The notes beneath the pieces are model-generated. The model searched no databases and was not told where the DNA came from. It saw only the letters and a list, made by a program, of their open reading frames with translations. 64,000 bases of DNA from the human T2T-CHM13v2.0 reference genome, Homo sapiens: NCBI RefSeq assembly GCF_009914755.1, contig NC_060935.1. The stretch is one strand, 5' to 3'. This document shows, piece after piece, positions 59,392-64,000 of this stretch (positions are counted from its first letter, which is position 1; every line of letters starts with the position of its first letter). The translations under genes were made by a program, and so were the position numbers.

Positions 59392-59428
59392 GGCCGTGAT
59401 CGTATAGTGGTTAGTACTCTGTGTTGTG
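59392..59428 (+). pseudogene. Tailless retrocopy of the 5' half of tRNA-His(GTG)
   Basis: gccgtgatcgtatagtggttagtactctgtgttgtg matches tRNA-His-GTG nt 1-36 with one CpG transition; flanked by TSD tgtatagaaaggg(c/t)ac at 59376-59391 and 59427-59442. Confidence 0.95.
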
Positions 59429-60334
59429 TATAGAAAGGGTACAAATTCGTTGCCCAGGTACTCATTCAAAGAAGTCACAGTTTATCTAAAGTACAGTAAG
59501 ATCCAGCGTCTTCTCTCACTGATGACATTTTCACTAACAGGTGACATTATTTTGTGGTTTGTGTTTCATCTCCCTTTCTATTTTCCTCCTTACCTCACAG
59601 CCAGTTGCTAATAAATAATAAAATGAGCAAAGGCAGATAGCAAGAAAGAGAAGCAGAGGAGCAAATCGCATGAATAACCCCAAACAACACAGACTTACCC
59701 TGAGTACTCAAGAGCTGCTGATCTGCAAAATTATAGTGTATCCTAGAGAGCCTCTTGCTTTCCAAAGGCTGCAGACTCTACAGTAATTACCTAATCAATA
59801 AGTACAATCCCTTTGCATTGAGCAGATTTGCATTTTTCAGGCAGAGAAATGAGAAATAGAGTAAGTGAGGGAATTACTTTATTAAGAAATCCTTCCATGT
59901 GTACAGGGTTTTATAGCTCACGGTGAACTTCACATTCATTATCATGTTGTATTAGCCAGCAAACACTGTAAGATAGTTAGAAAAGATATAGTTATTCACA
60001 CCCAATGAAAGAGCAAACTCAAACTCACAGATGTTCTCTAGGTAGCCCTAATTCATGCACCTGGGAAGTCTTAGAGATGGGACTTAAAACCAGGACCTGT
60101 ATTCCTAGTTCAGGAGTCTTCTTATTAAATTGTCTGGCCTGAGGATCAGGAGCATTTGGCCCTTAGGTTCACTCCATTTATTTTTTTGGTAAGGTATTTC
60201 CTCTGATGATTTAATTAACATATGCCATTTATAGAGCATTTATAATACAAGTAAAGCAGATACAAATCACTCAAAACTGGAAATTGAATGCTAAAAGTAG
60301 TTTAACATGCATTTTTCTAACTTTTTTGTTGTAC

Positions 60335-60516
60335 AACAATAATAATTTTGGACACAAATATGTTAGGCACTGATCCAAGTACTTTACACGTTACCTTAAT
60401 TAATCCTTACAGTAACCATTTGAAGGAGGTACTATTATCTTCATTTTGTGAACGAAGAAACTGAGGCACAGCAGGGTTAAGAAACTTGTCCAACATTACA
60501 TAGCTACTGTGTGTGA
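60335..60516 (-). mobile_element. MIR
   Basis: ggtactattatcttcattttgtgaacgaagaaactgaggcacagcagggttaagaaacttgtccaa. Confidence 0.8.
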
Positions 60517-60619
60517 TTTAAGCTAATATGAGTTTTTTTTTTTGTTACTTGGAACTAGAGACCTGAATAACATAGCACGGATAATCATCATGTTGTAATA
60601 CTATGACATCATATTCTTA
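60517..60619 (+). repeat. Dispersed direct copy of 58791-58904
   Basis: Both copies run tttaagctaatatgagtt...ttgttacttggaa.taga.acctgaataa...atcatgttgtaatactatgacatcatattctta. Confidence 0.92.
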
Positions 60620-62189
60620 ATTTCATTCATGCTCTTAATTTCAATGATAAATAAACCTCCCACTACAAACACACATACACACACACACATATATAAGTAT
60701 ACAAATTTGGGACCATGCTCTTCATTTCTTTGGAAGGTTCTTTTTTTGATTATATATATATGTCTTGCATATTTTTACATTATTCATCTGCAGCCAAAAA
60801 GTTAATATATTCCTTGGCTTCAACTCTCAGCGGCTCCATTGCCAATAGGTCATCATACAAGTTCTTCTGCAGGGCACATGAGGCCTTGAGTAATCCAGCT
60901 CATTTATACTTGGAAACCTGCCAGTTACACTAAGGAAAAATGTAAGATCTCTTACCCATGCTGTTTTCTATACCCTGGATTTTGCTAGTTCTTTTCTCCG
61001 GAATGCCTTCTCATTTCTCTTCCTCAGTTTAACCTCTGTTAATTTTTTAAGACTCTGCTTGGGAGCCATTTCCTCCAGGAAGAATTTCTTCTGCAACTCC
61101 ACCACACTGTGAACTGAAATAGGTAAGCCTGATCTGGGCTGTCCCATGGTCCCCTTAGGACGAAGAAGCAGCTTAGGCATTCCTCAAGTGTTTGAAATAA
61201 ATCCTCTCAAGGACAAAGCCTGCCTAGACACTGCATTTGAAGTATGCCCAAGGCTCCCATAATGGAATCTAATTCTACTCTTGAGTGACCTTGTGGAGTC
61301 TTAAAGGAATCTTGAATCAGAATTTCCTTGGATTAGAAGAGATTCCTGGAAGTGGGCAGCTGGTGACAGTCCCTCTTTGCTCCTCTCCCCTCATCAGCCT
61401 GCCAAGTTTCCTGGTACAGAGCCAGTCTATGACTTAAAAGACTTTTCAAAGAGGTTTACTTCCCCTACAGCTGTGACTGCCAATAATTCTCTTTAGCTTC
61501 TTGCTTAGTGAGAATGCAAATTCCCTTTGGGGTAATACTGCTTTTATGAGTTTTCTATATCTTAGTAAGAAAGAACAGTCTAGAATAGGGTTCAGAAAAT
61601 GTAGGGGAAAACAACAGGACATTCTGAATTCTGCTGAAGGCTGACCCTTATTAGATGCCACCCTTAGAGTTGCAGCCACCAGTCCTAGGGAAGTGAGTCT
61701 GGGGTACCTGGGCCTGGAAACCCACCAGGATTTCCACGAGGGTAATCCCTACACTTTTGCCTACACGGCCAGTCAGAGCAGCCAGACAGTACCCAGAGGG
61801 TCATGTCTTGGCTATCTAATGGGACCTGCTCACAGGGTGACATTGCCTCCTCCTTCAGAACTCACATAGGGATTTCCCCTGCATCCTACACTGAGACCCG
61901 AATACTTCCAAGTGCAGTTTTAACAATGCATTATTGTCTGGAGGATTTGTTGGTTGTGAAGGATGCAGTGGCTAAGATGATAAGGAATATATCTGTCTCT
62001 CTTATGACTCCTTTGTAGGTAATGGAACGTTACTTATTTAAGTAGTATCTCCATCTTTATGAAGGGAACAGAGTCTGTCTATTACTATTTTTTTTTACCT
62101 TAACGTCCTGCTCAAAATCATAGTAGCCTTGTTACAGAAATTATTTCTCTTATGCAGATCTTTGTTTCAAGATGCATCACTGAAGCAGC

Positions 62190-62229
62190 TTATAGAAACT
62201 AGCATCCAATTATAGAAACTAGCATCCAA
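62190..62229 (+). repeat. Perfect 20-bp tandem duplication
   Basis: ttatagaaactagcatccaa x2. Confidence 0.95.
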
Positions 62230-63817
62230 AATAACCTAATCCTCAAATCTAATATCATTTCATTAATGGAAGGGCCTTGGATCAGACAGAGGCTACGGTT
62301 AGAATTAAGGTGTCTGGGGTGATATTCAGTTGTCTTATAAAGGCTGTAATGATCAAAATCAAATCATTTCACTGCCGAGTTTCTATTTCCTCCTTAGAAA
62401 AACAGGATCTCCCTCCTATATCCAAGTGCTGATGGACAACAGTTGACAAACATCCCCAAGTTGTTGCAATTATATGGTTGCCTTTTCTAGCAGCAACTTT
62501 CTTAGTAAAAGGTTCTTAGGGGCTCAGTGTGGCTAAGGTAAAATTGCCTTTCATCTATTTCTTCCTTGCTTTCCAGATAATCCATGGCTAAAATTAGTAA
62601 GGCTTAGTTCAGTAAAAAATACTGTTACAGCAGGGAGCCATGGAAACAGTGTTGGAGCCACTTCCCCTTCAGGGAGCTGCCTTTTGCAGGATATGACTTA
62701 TTGCTGATCAAATGAAACAACTCACTGCATTTGAAGCTGGGGTTTGAAATTAGTTAAAAGCACAGGCAAATCTTTCAAAAGCACCATCCTTCCCGTTTTC
62801 TTTTTCTTCTTTCATTCCATCCAGGAAAGAAAAATGTATCTCAAATTAAGTGTTGAATTTTGCTTTTGAATACAGTATGAGAAGATTAATCTACTGACCC
62901 ACCATCCTGCATTTGAGGTGTCTTTTTGGTAGTTCTAGTGGACAATGATGTTAAAGGTAATTAATGCCTTCCTCTATACATTATTTTATAGTTTATAAAA
63001 AAGCTTCCCTGTGCACTGCCACTGAAGTCTTAGGATAACATCTCAAAGGCGGAGAACATGATGAGAAAACTCCCAATCAGATGAGGAAACTGAGGCTCAT
63101 CCAGGCTTGTTGACTCAGCTTGTGACAGGAGGAAATAAGATGAAAGTTTACATCTATCACCTGTGATTCCATCCTCTGATCTCCTTGTGACTGGGGTACC
63201 AAACTGATATGACAGAGGGTAGGAAAGCTTCAAATAAGTAGAACTGACTCTCCATGGCCAGAATTGTAATTGCTTAAGTCTATATTTGGCAAACGTTCAG
63301 CTTTGCTGTGGTCAACCTCCCTGAATCTACCAGGGTCTCCCCTACCTTAGAAAGCAGAGCCCTCCTGATGCCCCCTGGGAAGAAGCCAGAATTGGGATGC
63401 TACATTCTGATCTGTTTGTCCTTTGTCCAAAGGACTCTTCCTCTGAATCTTTATTTTCTTCCAATTTCCACGACCCCTGCTTATCTGAGTTCACCCCTTT
63501 CCTCCTGGTCTCTGCTCCTCTGAGAAAGGTATCTAAGAAGTTAATTCATCTAAATGTGTTCATAAAGCCTGATGAATTAATGGATCTCAGGACAGAGACT
63601 TTTGCATTTTAACAGATACCCTAATTGCTGTGGCTTGACTTAAGGGCTCCTTAATGCAAGTTTGGTCAACTTCACCAAGGTCAGGTGTGTCAAAAATAAA
63701 ATGAGATCAGGATAGAAAAATGTCTGTAGTGTGCATACAAAAGAATAGTTCTGGAATTAGGATACCTCAAGCCAAAGTGATATGAGGCCCCACTGACAGC
63801 ACTTGCAGTCCAGTTTA

Positions 63818-64000
63818 AAAGGGGAACATCACACACAGGGGCCTGTTGTGGTGTGGGGGGAGGGGGGGAGGGATAGCATTAGGAGATATACCTAATGTAA
63901 ATGACAAGTTAATGGGTGCAGCACACCAACATGGCACATGTATCCATATGTAACAAACCTGCATGTTGTGCACATGTACCCTAGAACTTAAAGTATAATT
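63818..64000 (+). mobile_element. Very short 5'-truncated L1PA4/5-like 3' end, running off the window
   Basis: aaggggaacatcacacacaggggcctgttg...ctagaacttaaagtataat. Confidence 0.93.

Noticed and set aside
59393-59428. Functional tRNA-His gene
   Set aside because: Only the 5' half is present; there is no T-arm/B-box or acceptor 3' strand.

Overview
Hominoid (human or great-ape type) genomic DNA, repeat-dense. I recognise no host protein-coding exon, so it is probably intergenic or deep intronic. Bases 1-34.2 kb are almost entirely nested LINE-1: two antisense L1PB copies, one inside the other, and a 5'-truncated L1PB1 interrupted by a full-length but inactivated L1PA2-type element. The rest is old L2/MIR/MaLR/DNA-transposon relics with Alus and short L1 3' ends. 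All recognisable ORFs are L1 ORF1/ORF2 remnants; the others are Alu or microsatellite artefacts or short unassigned frames. I see no new multi-gene system. The most interesting signals are footprints of retrotransposition and repair. (1) A tailless retrocopy of the 5' half of tRNA-His(GTG) with a target-site duplication (TSD), apparently running from G-1 to G34 (59392-59426). (2) An L1PA insertion whose 5' junction carries a ~275-bp templated duplication plus two fold-back inversions (12127-13603). (3) An L1PA8A-type 3' transduction with its own AATAAA (46313-46739). (4) A poly(A)-less, TSD-less 50-bp L1PA fragment inside an L1PB (18308-18357). (5) A ~110-bp templated local copy 1.7 kb from its source. 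Subfamily names are from remembered diagnostics and need RepeatMasker/Dfam confirmation. Boundaries of old repeats are approximate.
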